Source of the DNA: Phycisphaerales bacterium
Lineage (GTDB): Bacteria; Planctomycetota; Phycisphaerae; WQYP01
Assembly (NCBI GenBank): GCA_027451365.1
Contig: DAIDJN010000018.1
Span: 1 to 64,000 of the forward strand
Direction: 5' to 3'
DNA length: 64,000 nucleotides
Made by a program: the position numbers and the translations under genes. Below, piece after piece: positions 9,358 to 18,553 of this stretch. The stretch's first letter is position 1, and each line of letters starts with the position of its first letter. A model generated the notes under the pieces. That model was not told the DNA's origin and searched no databases. It worked only from the letters and a program-made list of their open reading frames with translations.

Positions 9358-10226
9358 TGTATGATCCCTCCGGTATAGGTGTTCACCGTCAGGGTGTTGC
9401 TGTGGCCGAGGGCGTAAGCGCCCGGACTGCTATAACCGGGGGTTGCGGTGCTGCTAATGGTCTGCGGCCAGTTGCCTACGTTAAACACCAGCACTGCGGG
9501 GGTGGTGGGGCCAACAGAAACCGTATAGGCGGGGTAGGCGGATGTACTGATCTGGCTATTTGGCAATTCCACTACCGCAACGCTGCTTAACACAATAAGA
9601 TGGCCGCTGCTGTTGAATACCACTACCCGCGGAATGGTGAAAAGGCCGCCGGAGGGCGTCGTGCCGGAATCCGCTCCCGCCTGCGGTCCGGCAAATTGGG
9701 ATTCAACAATATTGGGCATCTGAAGGCCGGCGTCGTCGTAGGCGGCGCTTCCCACCAGGCCCGCCGTATAGGTTGCCTTGGGCAGGTATTGCACTGATCG
9801 TGGTAGGTAGGGAATAAAGTTCACGGTGCCATAGCTGACCTGGCCAATGGGCGCATATTCGTAGGCAAAGGCGGTTTCGCCTGTGAAGCCGGGCTGTTCG
9901 TACATGACCAGGGCCACATAGGTATGCATTCGCAGAGCCAGGGTTTGCGCTTCGCCGAGTGCGGCGGAAATCTGGTTCACACCCTGCACCTGGCCACTGT
10001 TGCGAAACAGCGCGACAAAGCCGGGTATGGCGACCGCGGCCAGAATGCCCATGATGGCGATAACAGCGAGGAGTTCGATAAGGGTAAAACCGTGGCGTTT
10101 TTCAGCCACCGCGGATGATGACGACTGGCGGGCGCGAACGAACAGATTGCCGGAATACGTATTGATTTGCGTAGGAATCTCTGATCGTTGATCTCTGATC
10201 GTTGATTGTGGGTCGTTGTTTGTCAT
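9354..10226 (-). CDS. Prepilin-type (FimT/GspH-like) minor pilin; 46-aa leader
   Basis: EKRHG|FTLIELLAVIAIMGILAAVAIP...ISAALGEAQTLAL...VVVFNSSGHL. Confidence 0.8.
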   Translation of the reverse strand: MTNNDPQSTIRDQRSEIPTQINTYSGNLFVRARQSSSSAVAEKRHGFTLIELLAVIAIMGILAAVAIPGFVALFRNSGQVQGVNQISAALGEAQTLALRMHTYVALVMYEQPGFTGETAFAYEYAPIGQVSYGTVNFIPYLPRSVQYLPKATYTAGLVGSAAYDDAGLQMPNIVESQFAGPQAGADSGTTPSGGLFTIPRVVVFNSSGHLIVLSSVAVVELPNSQISTSAYPAYTVSVGPTTPAVLVFNVGNWPQTISSTATPGYSSPGAYALGHSNTLTVNTYTGGIIQ

Positions 10227-10287
10227 AACAGTACTCGTTCCATACTCCGGTCATGCGGCTTCGGCCGCCGGACAGTTATTGCTATGT

Positions 10288-11271
10288 TTATTGTCCAAAC
10301 ACAATGTCGTCGCCATCAAAATAAGTTCCATCCGGGCCGGCGCTGACCAGCAGATAATTCTGCGAACCGGTTATGGTGGAACCGGTGGTGGTATTGCTGA
10401 TGTTGGCACCGATCAGCGGCAAAAATGCCGCGTAGTTGGAGCCGGCGGCCTGACTGCCGGTTGGTCCTGTGGCGGTGGCGCTGTTGTCAGTGGAATTGAA
10501 AATCCCCTCGCCGGCGGTAGCACTGAAAACAGCTGTGCTGGTGGGCGATGTATTGGCTGAAAAATAGAGGATCGGATTGGGATGACTGCCCGCACTTGGT
10601 GGGAAGGAATCGCCGATGTAATAATCGTCGGTGTCAAGGTCCACGATGTTATTGGCACCAATATCCAGATAAGGACCGTAAACCGTGTTGGAAACGCCCA
10701 CACGGAAACCTTTGGTTTGGGAAAGGGAGCCGCCGGCGTATCCCGTATTGCCGGAGTTACCCGGCGCGCCATCATATTTGCCAGGCAAATACCCCAGTAA
10801 TGCCTCGGCCAGAATTTCATAGCCTTTGCCACTGCCAATAAGACTGCCGTACGCGGTATTGGTGTTGGATACCAGCCCGGACTGCGGATACATATTAAAA
10901 TCAGAATGATACGCCTGCAGGCCGGTGCTGATGGTGCGCATATCGCCCATGGTGGCACTAATGTAGGCCTGTTTTTGTGCGGAAATAACCACCGGCACCA
11001 GAATAGCGATCAGAATTGCGATAATGGAAATAACCACCAGCAATTCAATAAGGGTAAAGCCGCGACGATTTTTAGACACAGCGGACACAGAGGACATAGA
11101 GGACGACGGTGACGGGCTTTTACCACCAAGACACGAAGACACGAAAAACGAAGACGCAAGGGCAGGCCGCTGGCCTGCATCCATATTGATCAGCGAACTG
11201 TGATCCGTGATCTGTGGCACCTGGTCCGTGCTCTGCGTTGTCTGGCTGTTGTTCGTCATAACATTACTCAT
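10288..11271 (-). CDS. GspG-like pseudopilin/pilin; 71-aa leader
   Basis: KNRRG|FTLIELLVVISIIAILIAILVP, GLQAYHSDFNMYP and C-terminal YLLVSAGPDGTYFDGDDI. Confidence 0.85.
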   Translation of the reverse strand: MSNVMTNNSQTTQSTDQVPQITDHSSLINMDAGQRPALASSFFVSSCLGGKSPSPSSSMSSVSAVSKNRRGFTLIELLVVISIIAILIAILVPVVISAQKQAYISATMGDMRTISTGLQAYHSDFNMYPQSGLVSNTNTAYGSLIGSGKGYEILAEALLGYLPGKYDGAPGNSGNTGYAGGSLSQTKGFRVGVSNTVYGPYLDIGANNIVDLDTDDYYIGDSFPPSAGSHPNPILYFSANTSPTSTAVFSATAGEGIFNSTDNSATATGPTGSQAAGSNYAAFLPLIGANISNTTTGSTITGSQNYLLVSAGPDGTYFDGDDIVFGQ

Positions 11272-11313
11272 TATTCATTACTCATTGATAAATCCGATCA
11301 AAATCGAGATTTA

Positions 11314-12561
11314 TTATTGTCCGCCGTAGACGACGACATCATCGGAGGCGGGAGCCTGGTTTCCTGCGGTTATGCCATTGAGGTTCTGGCCATAAATATG
11401 GTCGGCCCCCGCGCTGATCAGCACGAAGCCGCCCACCACGGGATTGCCGACCGCGTTGACCGCCGTGCCGGCTGGCAGATCATTAATATTGACGACATCG
11501 TTGGCTAGTGCATTATTCGCAATGGTGGACGATCCGTTGGTGGCCGTAGGGTTAAACGAAGAATATTGCTCGGAAGTTTGGGAATTGTTTTTGGTGGAAA
11601 TAATATTTTGTTGGGTATAAGTACTGTTGCAATTCAAATAAAAAGCGGCCGCGGTCCCAGAATCTGTGCCCACGGGCACGCCAGTAGTCCCTGGCATGCC
11701 GGGCACTTTGCGGAAATACAGGATGGGCACGCCGGCGGGGAAATCATCAAATAGCGTGGGAAGCGTGTTGAAGGTTGCGCCCGCTGGGGTCAGAGTGGGA
11801 AACGTCTGCAGATCTCCGCTGGAAGCGGATGGATTGTAATAGGCGCTTTTCTGCACTCCGTTGTTGCTGTAGTCGATAGGGCCGGAACCGGGGGTAAGGT
11901 CCACATAGCCGCCTGAAACGCCTGAGGTCGAACCAGTATACGCCAAGGTGGTCACGCCGGTTGGGGGCGTCTGGCCGGTTGGATAAACCGTCCCCATCAG
12001 CCCCAGAACCAGATTCTGGGTTCCGGTTATTTTATTGCCACCAATCGTCACATAGCCCTTCGAAATATCTGACTCGCTGAACGGACCCGGATAGGCATTA
12101 AAGGCGGAATAATAACTTAAGCAGCTTGCTCTAATAGCCCCAAGTTCCGCTTCCGTTGCCGCTGAATAGCCGGAATTAATGGCACTGGAAAGCGCCGGCA
12201 GCAGAATGGCCATCAGGATGGCGATAATGGAAATCACCACCAGAAGTTCGATCAACGTAAAACCGCGACGATTCTTAGCCACAGAGAACACAGAGGGCGA
12301 CGACGGCGGGATTTCACCGCGACGACACGACGACACGACCGATGACGACGACGATTCACCACGAAGGCACGAAGACACGAAGGACGGGGGGGCGACGATG
12401 GGATTTAACACAGAGGACACAGAGGACGACTTGGGAGAGCAGTCAGAATGCAGAAGGTTGCAGCAAGGAGATGAAGGAATCTTCTGCCTTCTTACTCCTG
12501 TCTTCTGACTTCCATCTTCTGTATTCTGTATTCTGCATTCTGTATTCTTCGCGTTATTCAT
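11314..12561 (-). CDS. GspG-like pseudopilin/pilin; 100-aa leader
   Basis: ATG at 12561 with GAGGA SD; KNRRG|FTLIELLVVISIIAILMAILLP; C-terminal FVLISAGADHIYG...DDV. Confidence 0.85.
   Translation of the reverse strand: MNNAKNTECRIQNTEDGSQKTGVRRQKIPSSPCCNLLHSDCSPKSSSVSSVLNPIVAPPSFVSSCLRGESSSSSVVSSCRRGEIPPSSPSVFSVAKNRRGFTLIELLVVISIIAILMAILLPALSSAINSGYSAATEAELGAIRASCLSYYSAFNAYPGPFSESDISKGYVTIGGNKITGTQNLVLGLMGTVYPTGQTPPTGVTTLAYTGSTSGVSGGYVDLTPGSGPIDYSNNGVQKSAYYNPSASSGDLQTFPTLTPAGATFNTLPTLFDDFPAGVPILYFRKVPGMPGTTGVPVGTDSGTAAAFYLNCNSTYTQQNIISTKNNSQTSEQYSSFNPTATNGSSTIANNALANDVVNINDLPAGTAVNAVGNPVVGGFVLISAGADHIYGQNLNGITAGNQAPASDDVVVYGGQ
12413..12521. repeat. 109-bp perfect direct repeat, copy 2
   Basis: Identical to 6626-6734. 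Confidence 0.95.
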
Positions 12562-12628
12562 ACCATCCTCATTTCTTCGTCCGGCCGCGCGGCCAAGTGG
12601 GGGTACCCTGTTTGGGCACAGTTTGGGT

Positions 12629-13921
12629 TCAGCTCCCGCCGCCACCAATGGTGGACAGCAGTTTGATGTACGGCAGGAAGACCGCCACGACAATGGTTCC
12701 AACCACGCCGCCAAGGCCGACGATCATGATCGGTTCCAGCAGGCTGACCAGAGAACCGACCAGCACATCGACTTCTTCATCATAATTATCAGCGACCTTC
12801 ATGAGCATTTTGTCTAGGTCGCCGGTTTCTTCACCCACGTCAATCATATTGACGACAATGGCATCGCAGACGCGCGAATTACGCAGCGGTGTGGCGAAGC
12901 CTTCGCCCTCACGAATGGCGTCGTGCACTTTCTGCAGGGCTTTTTCAAACACCATGTTGCCGCAGGTATCGCGGGTAATGCTGATGGCTTCCAGAATCGG
13001 GACGCCGGCTGAAAGCAGTGTGCCGAGTGTACGGGTCCAGCGGGCGATGGTTCCCTTGGAAACAATTTTGCCCATGACCGGAATTTTCATTTTCAATAAG
13101 TCTATGGCATATCGGCCCGGCTTGGTCTTGCCGATAATTTTCAGCAGCAGCCAGATCACAAAAGGTGTGGCGATAATTTCCGCCCAGCCATATTGATGGG
13201 CAATCCAGTTGGATGTGTGAATCATGAACAGCGTAATCGCCGGCAGACCGGTTTTAAACGAAGCAAACAGCTTCTGGAATTTGGGGATAACGAAATACAT
13301 GATGCCGGTTACCATAATCACGGCGGCGCTCATGACCACAATAGGATAAATCATGGCACCACGAATACGCCGTTTGAGTTTCTGGGCTTTTTCCATGAAA
13401 TCAGCAAGGCGCTGAAGAATCACATCCAGCACGCCGCCGGTTTCACCGGCCTGCACCATGTTGCAGTACAACTTGTCAAACACTTTCGGATGCCGCGCCA
13501 TGGATTCAGAAAGGGTGGCTCCGCCTTCCACATCGGAGGCAATGTTGTCCAGCGTGTCGCGCATCAGGCCGGGCCGCTGCTGTTGGTGAAGAATTTTAAG
13601 GGACCGCAAAATCGGCAGGCCGGCATCCTGCAGCGTGGAAAGCTGACGCGTGAACTGAGTTATAAGTTTCAGGGAAACGCCACCAAAGTTAATGTTGATG
13701 GACCCCGGCTTTTTCTTTGCACCGGCGGCCCCGGTGGCGGCGGCCGGCGCCCCCCCGCCCGGCGCGGTTTTACCTTTCTTCAGGGTCTTTTCCTTGATCT
13801 TCATCGGGAAATAGCCCTGCGAGCGAATTTTGGAAATTGCGTCATCGGAGCTTTGGGCGTCAATTTCCGACTTGACCGATTGCCCGGCGGCGTTCAACGC
13901 TTCATACTGAAACACTGGCAT
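12629..13921 (-). CDS. pilC: Type IV pilus / T2SS inner-membrane platform protein (PilC/GspF family)
   Basis: MPVFQYEALN start with GGAGG SD; FTRQLSTLQDAGLPILRSL, AGETGGVLDVILQRLA, VGEETGDLDKML and LLEPIMIV. Confidence 0.93.
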   Translation of the reverse strand: MPVFQYEALNAAGQSVKSEIDAQSSDDAISKIRSQGYFPMKIKEKTLKKGKTAPGGGAPAAATGAAGAKKKPGSININFGGVSLKLITQFTRQLSTLQDAGLPILRSLKILHQQQRPGLMRDTLDNIASDVEGGATLSESMARHPKVFDKLYCNMVQAGETGGVLDVILQRLADFMEKAQKLKRRIRGAMIYPIVVMSAAVIMVTGIMYFVIPKFQKLFASFKTGLPAITLFMIHTSNWIAHQYGWAEIIATPFVIWLLLKIIGKTKPGRYAIDLLKMKIPVMGKIVSKGTIARWTRTLGTLLSAGVPILEAISITRDTCGNMVFEKALQKVHDAIREGEGFATPLRNSRVCDAIVVNMIDVGEETGDLDKMLMKVADNYDEEVDVLVGSLVSLLEPIMIVGLGGVVGTIVVAVFLPYIKLLSTIGGGGS

Positions 13922-14341
13922 GTGATTGCCTCCGCAGACCCGGCGGATAACAGCCGGGTCGAAAGTCTTGGAACTCTTCAGGATGGCACGCGCCAACTGG
14001 TTCCTGTAGTTGTTATAGGGAAAGCGGTCTGGGGCGGATAGGGGGCACGGCCCCGCATAGACAATGGCCGGACGATGAAATGCCGGCCGCAATCTGGATT
14101 GTTTTTGGCCGACTTCCGGTAAAATATAGGCGGAAACGGCTCGATTTCTAAAAAAAAGGAGCGATTCCGGCAAAAACCGCCCCATTTTGCCCGCCAAGCC
14201 GTTATCATGCCCAGCGGCGGGACGGATTATCGCACCCGACCGCCGGGCAATTGTTGCCACCTGTGCTGGAATATGGACGCGCTTATGATTCCACGTCACT
14301 CGACTGAAGCATACCCCCCGCCATCCTTGCGGACTCTGGCC

Positions 14342-15322
14342 ATGGAACAGGATTTGGCGGGTCAGGCCGCTGCGCTGATCCGCATGGCGGTGCGGGAAGA
14401 CCTGGGCTATGGCCCCCCAGCCGAGGCGATATCCGAACCGGGAACGCCGTCCGGACCAGTCGCGGGAGATATCACCTCGCAAGTTGCAATTCCTGACAAT
14501 CTTCAAGGCCAGGGCTGTATTATTGCCCGACAGGCCGGTGTTGCCGCCGGAATTGGTCTTTTATCGCAGATAACCCAGGAATACAGCGAACAAATTCAAG
14601 TGCACCTGTGCGTTGCAGATGGCGACGCGGTTGGGGGCGGAACAATGCTGGCCACGGTGCGCGGTCCGGCGCGGGCGATTCTTTCGGCGGAACGTGTACT
14701 GCTGAATTTTGTGGGGCGGCTTTCCGGTATTGCCACGTTGACGCGAAGCTTTGTAAAGGCGGCGCGCACCGGCTGCGGACCGAATATGGCCTGTCCGCAA
14801 ATTTGTGATACTCGCAAAACCACGCCAGGCTGGCGGCATCTGGAAAAATATGCGGTTCGCTGTGGTGGCGGCCTGAACCACCGCATGGGCCTGTACGACG
14901 GTGTGATGCTGAAGGATAACCATCTGGCGGCACTGACCAAGCAGTTGGGACCGGGCCATTCGCTGGCTGATTTAACCCGCCACGTTCGTCAGGAAACCGC
15001 CAGGGAAATTCCCATCTGGCTGGAAGTGGATACATTGGAACAACTGGCCGACGCGCTGCCGGGCGGCGCAGACATCATTCTGCTGGATAACATGCCCCCC
15101 GCCCAGCTTCGGCAGGCTGTGGAAATGCGCGATCGATTGAACGCGCAGCGCCGGCCTCTGCTGGAAGCCTCCGGCGGCATTACGCTGGCCAACATTGGCG
15201 ACGCCGCCCGCAGCGGGGTAGACCGCATCAGTATTGGCGCACTCACGCACAGTGCGCCGTGGCTTGATGTTTCCATGGAATTTATCCCCGATAGTCAGAC
15301 AGGCGACCCCCGCCATGCATAA
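14342..15322 (+). CDS. nadC: Nicotinate-nucleotide diphosphorylase (carboxylating); start uncertain
   Basis: EDLG...GDITS, ERVLLNF, DTRKTTPGWRHLEKYAVRCGGGLNHRMGLYD, LKDNH and EASGGIT. Confidence 0.95.
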   Translation: MEQDLAGQAAALIRMAVREDLGYGPPAEAISEPGTPSGPVAGDITSQVAIPDNLQGQGCIIARQAGVAAGIGLLSQITQEYSEQIQVHLCVADGDAVGGGTMLATVRGPARAILSAERVLLNFVGRLSGIATLTRSFVKAARTGCGPNMACPQICDTRKTTPGWRHLEKYAVRCGGGLNHRMGLYDGVMLKDNHLAALTKQLGPGHSLADLTRHVRQETAREIPIWLEVDTLEQLADALPGGADIILLDNMPPAQLRQAVEMRDRLNAQRRPLLEASGGITLANIGDAARSGVDRISIGALTHSAPWLDVSMEFIPDSQTGDPRHA

Positions 15323-16352
15323 CACACATCTCCATCAGCCGAAAGCGGATGCTGGCCCGCAAGGCGACATCGAAAGCCAGGTTCATACGATTGCAACGTA
15401 TTTATATGAGAATGGCCGACTGGCCGTTAGCCAGATTGCCACAGGCCTGGGCATTTCGGTCGCGGCGGTGCAACGGGGCCTTGCGGAGCTCTCGGCCCGC
15501 GGCTGCATTCTGGAAACCGATCCCCACACGGTGGCCCTGCGGGCAACTGGCTGGCCGTTCTGGCGATTTATACTGGAAAAGTCAGGCCGGCGACCGAAGC
15601 GTGAACTGGGCCGCAACACACTGGTTTTTGAAAGCGTTGGCAGCACCAACGATATCTGCCTGCAGGCCGCGGGAACTATTGGCAACCACGGCCAGCCGCT
15701 GGTGGTGCTGGCAGACCGCCAAACTCGCGGGCGCGGGCGATGGGGCCGGAACTGGTCGGCCAATGCGGGACAATCAATCTTAATGTCGGTGTTGCTTCTG
15801 GATGCTGCGCTATCCGCTGAAACGCTGACCCTGGCCGCCGGAGTCGCGTGCGCGGCGGCTGTGGAAAAGCAGACCGGCTGCGTGGTAAGCCTGAAGTGGC
15901 CGAACGATTTGCTGATAGACGGTCGAAAACTGGCGGGGATTTTAATTGAAACCGTTCCCGGCCGGGTGGAGGAACCCGCGACACGAAAATTTGTGCTGGG
16001 CCTGGGACTGAACGTGAATCAGCAGTCGGCGGACTTCCCGCCGGAATTAAGCCAGCGCGCCACATCGCTGCGCCTGGCCACGGGCCAAGCCTGGGACCGA
16101 CTGTCGATTATTGACGCGCTGCTAAGCGAACTGGACGCCATTGCCGGAGCGGACGCCGCGCCAGCGGTAATAGCCAACGCGTGGAAAACGCGGTCACAGA
16201 TGCTGGGCCAGACGGTGCGCGTACGGTGCCGGGGGCGGGAAATTCCAGGCCAGATTGCGGATGTAGATCCGCTGGCCGGCTTGGTGGTGCGCGATCATGC
16301 CGGGGCGATTCATTTCTGCCCGGCGGCGGAAACAACCCTGTTAACGGAATAG
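15315..16352 (+). CDS. birA: Biotin--[acetyl-CoA-carboxylase] ligase with an N-terminal HTH
   Basis: VGSTND, QTRGRGRWGRNW, LKWPNDLLIDGRKLAGILIE and GLGLNV; overlaps the nadC stop. Confidence 0.93.
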   Translation: MHNTHLHQPKADAGPQGDIESQVHTIATYLYENGRLAVSQIATGLGISVAAVQRGLAELSARGCILETDPHTVALRATGWPFWRFILEKSGRRPKRELGRNTLVFESVGSTNDICLQAAGTIGNHGQPLVVLADRQTRGRGRWGRNWSANAGQSILMSVLLLDAALSAETLTLAAGVACAAAVEKQTGCVVSLKWPNDLLIDGRKLAGILIETVPGRVEEPATRKFVLGLGLNVNQQSADFPPELSQRATSLRLATGQAWDRLSIIDALLSELDAIAGADAAPAVIANAWKTRSQMLGQTVRVRCRGREIPGQIADVDPLAGLVVRDHAGAIHFCPAAETTLLTE

Positions 16353-16537
16353 AAAATCTGCCCGCAGTTGTTGGATTTGAAATTTCCAAGCCGGTCGGCC
16401 AGGCTTTTCGTATAGGCCTCGCTGACCTGTCCGGATATTTTACAATACTCCACAAAAGCCGATTTTAACGCCGGTCTATGGCATACATGCCGCGCAGCGT
16501 GGGATGGACCGGCGATTCGGCCGTCCCCACGCCGGAT

Positions 16538-17014
16538 TCATGCGGTTGCCAGTGGCCGAGGCCCGGGTGCCGCGGAGCGGAATATCAGGGCATCCAGAGA
16601 CATCATGCCGGATCCCGCCAGCAGAACCATCGCCAACATTGCGATCAGGGCTAAATTAAAATCAACACCCCCGAAGCCTTCGCGGTGCATCACCCAAAGG
16701 GCCACGATCTGGTCAATGATAATCGGTACGGTAACGATCCGCGAAAACAGACCCGCGAGCAGCAGAATTCCGCCGAAAAATTCGGTCCCGCCGGAAATCG
16801 CCGCCCACACGGCGGGCGGCAGGATCGGAAAACCATCGGTTTTAATTTGCACTGCAAACTGATGAAGCCCGCGCCCCTCAAACAGGCCGAACAGGTGTTG
16901 GCCGCCGTAATAAATAAATACCGCGCCAAGGACCAGACGGATCAGCAGAATGCCCAGGCTGGTTGAAAACAGCGAACTTTGGCCTGAACAACAGGATTGT
17001 GCGGAATTTGACAT
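16538..17014 (-). CDS. DoxX family membrane protein
   Basis: LLIRLVLGAVFIYYGGQHLFG...EFFGGILLLAGLFSR...GSGMMSLDA. Confidence 0.85.
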   Translation of the reverse strand: MSNSAQSCCSGQSSLFSTSLGILLIRLVLGAVFIYYGGQHLFGLFEGRGLHQFAVQIKTDGFPILPPAVWAAISGGTEFFGGILLLAGLFSRIVTVPIIIDQIVALWVMHREGFGGVDFNLALIAMLAMVLLAGSGMMSLDALIFRSAAPGPRPLATA

Positions 17015-17331
17015 GATGGGGGCACTCCTAAAAAAAAGACAATTCGCGGCGGGCTTTCCCTGCGCCGCAATACAAAGCCACTGGCCCTATCCCCCGATTT
17101 TCAAGGCCAACGCCGGCGCATGGAATTTAATCAGGGGGGGATTGAACATCAGAAGTTTTGGTCACAGCTTAGGCGGGTTACCGACCGATTGGATTTTACC
17201 TGCAACGACTTGGGGATACAAGTTAGGCCCGTTAAAAGTTTTGGTGGGCAAAGGCCGGTGGATATTATTGGAATAACCAGACAGATGATGTGTATCTGCG
17301 CGGAATCAGCCCGGCCCACATTTCAGGTCTG

Positions 17332-17366
17332 AAAAAAAAGGCCATCGATTTTATCGACAGCCTTTT
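17332..17366 (-). terminator. Intrinsic terminator downstream of the PEP-CTERM gene
   Basis: Minus strand AAAAGGCTGTCGAT-AAA-ATCGATGGCC followed by T7. Confidence 0.75.
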
Positions 17367-17425
17367 GCGAGTATTTGAAAATTCATTGCGCCAGCGGCGA
17401 ATCGGTCCGCAGTCCGCAGATCAGT

Positions 17426-18130
17426 TCAGGCCCGCGCGCGGCGACGAAGCAGCAGCAGCGGAACTAGACCAAGGGACATCAACGCCACTGACATTGGTTC
17501 TGGCGTGGGAGTGGCCGCGGCATTTACTGCAGAAGCACCGTTAATGTCGTTGATAATTTGCACGGCCGGCAGGTTATTAATAACCAGGGTATTGCCGAGT
17601 TCAAAGTTTCCTGTGAGAGCCGGATTAAGGTTGGCAAAATTGGCGGCGGAATCCGCATAAAGGGCACCCGTGCCAGTGCTTTGATTGGTAATCACCGGAT
17701 TGGAGACCATTGAACCGGATGGGGAAACATCCTGGGCCGACCCGGTTACCGACACGCTGGCATTGCTGTTGGAAAAGGAGTTGACGGTGCCATTCGACAT
17801 CAGAAGGGTCGCGCTGGCCGCAGGCGCAAGGACAAAGTTATTGTCGACGCCGGCGAAAGTAATGGAAGCCGCACTGCTGCCAGTGTTGCTTAATCCGGCG
17901 ACATCCAGGGCAAATTCCGTCGAATTGTTTCCCATGGCTTGGGTTACGGTAATGGACTGCCATGAAAACCCGCCGAAGGAGCCATCGCCCATATTGCTAT
18001 TCCCGTTGGAAGTCAGGCGTGTGGATCCGGCGCTGGTGGTAATGGTGACCACAATGTTGCCAAAGCCCGCTGAAGCACCACCGAAAAGAACGGCGGAAAC
18101 CGCAAGTGCACAAATGGAATTCAATTTCAT
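17426..18130 (-). CDS. PEP-CTERM sorting domain surface protein
   Basis: Signal peptide MKLNSICALAVSAVLFGG, Ser/Asn/Thr-rich body and C-terminal TPEPMSVALMSLGLVPLLLLRRRARA. Confidence 0.85.
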   Translation of the reverse strand: MKLNSICALAVSAVLFGGASAGFGNIVVTITTSAGSTRLTSNGNSNMGDGSFGGFSWQSITVTQAMGNNSTEFALDVAGLSNTGSSAASITFAGVDNNFVLAPAASATLLMSNGTVNSFSNSNASVSVTGSAQDVSPSGSMVSNPVITNQSTGTGALYADSAANFANLNPALTGNFELGNTLVINNLPAVQIINDINGASAVNAAATPTPEPMSVALMSLGLVPLLLLRRRARA

Positions 18131-18553
18131 AAACGCTCTCCAGAAAAGAACCAAAAGGAACCAGTCGGATGGCGCAAAACAACAGCGCCAGCCCAAATAA
18201 TCCGCTTTCATTCGCAGCTGACAGGCTTTTAGTATCCGCTGTAGCCGTCCGCCGTGAAGTGCCGCATCTCGAAAGAACCATTAAACATTCCATGAAAAAA
18301 TCCATGGAAAAGTCCAAGGGCAAATCCGATCAACCTCCCAGGCAAACTTCCGACTAAATTCCAGGATCCTCTCACGCATTCAGCTATGTCCATATTCGCA
18401 AAGAACGCGAGCCATGAACACAAACGGCAAACTTGTTCGGGACCCCGGCAGACCAGCCGAGGGGGTGCACTGAATGGAGTCTATATTGAAACCAGGCCTG
18501 GGTCAACAAAAATCTTTAATTTTTCTGATTTTAAATAAATTTTGTATTTACGT

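Noticed and set aside
6466..12561. CRISPR array
   Set aside because: The repeats are short tandem or mosaic modules without a regular repeat-spacer period, and there are no cas genes.
13922..14506. N-terminal ORF-track extensions of pilC (and similarly tilS, yyaL, birA and the 11314 pilin)
   Set aside because: They overlap neighbouring genes; family-typical starts, several with clear SD sequences, lie downstream.
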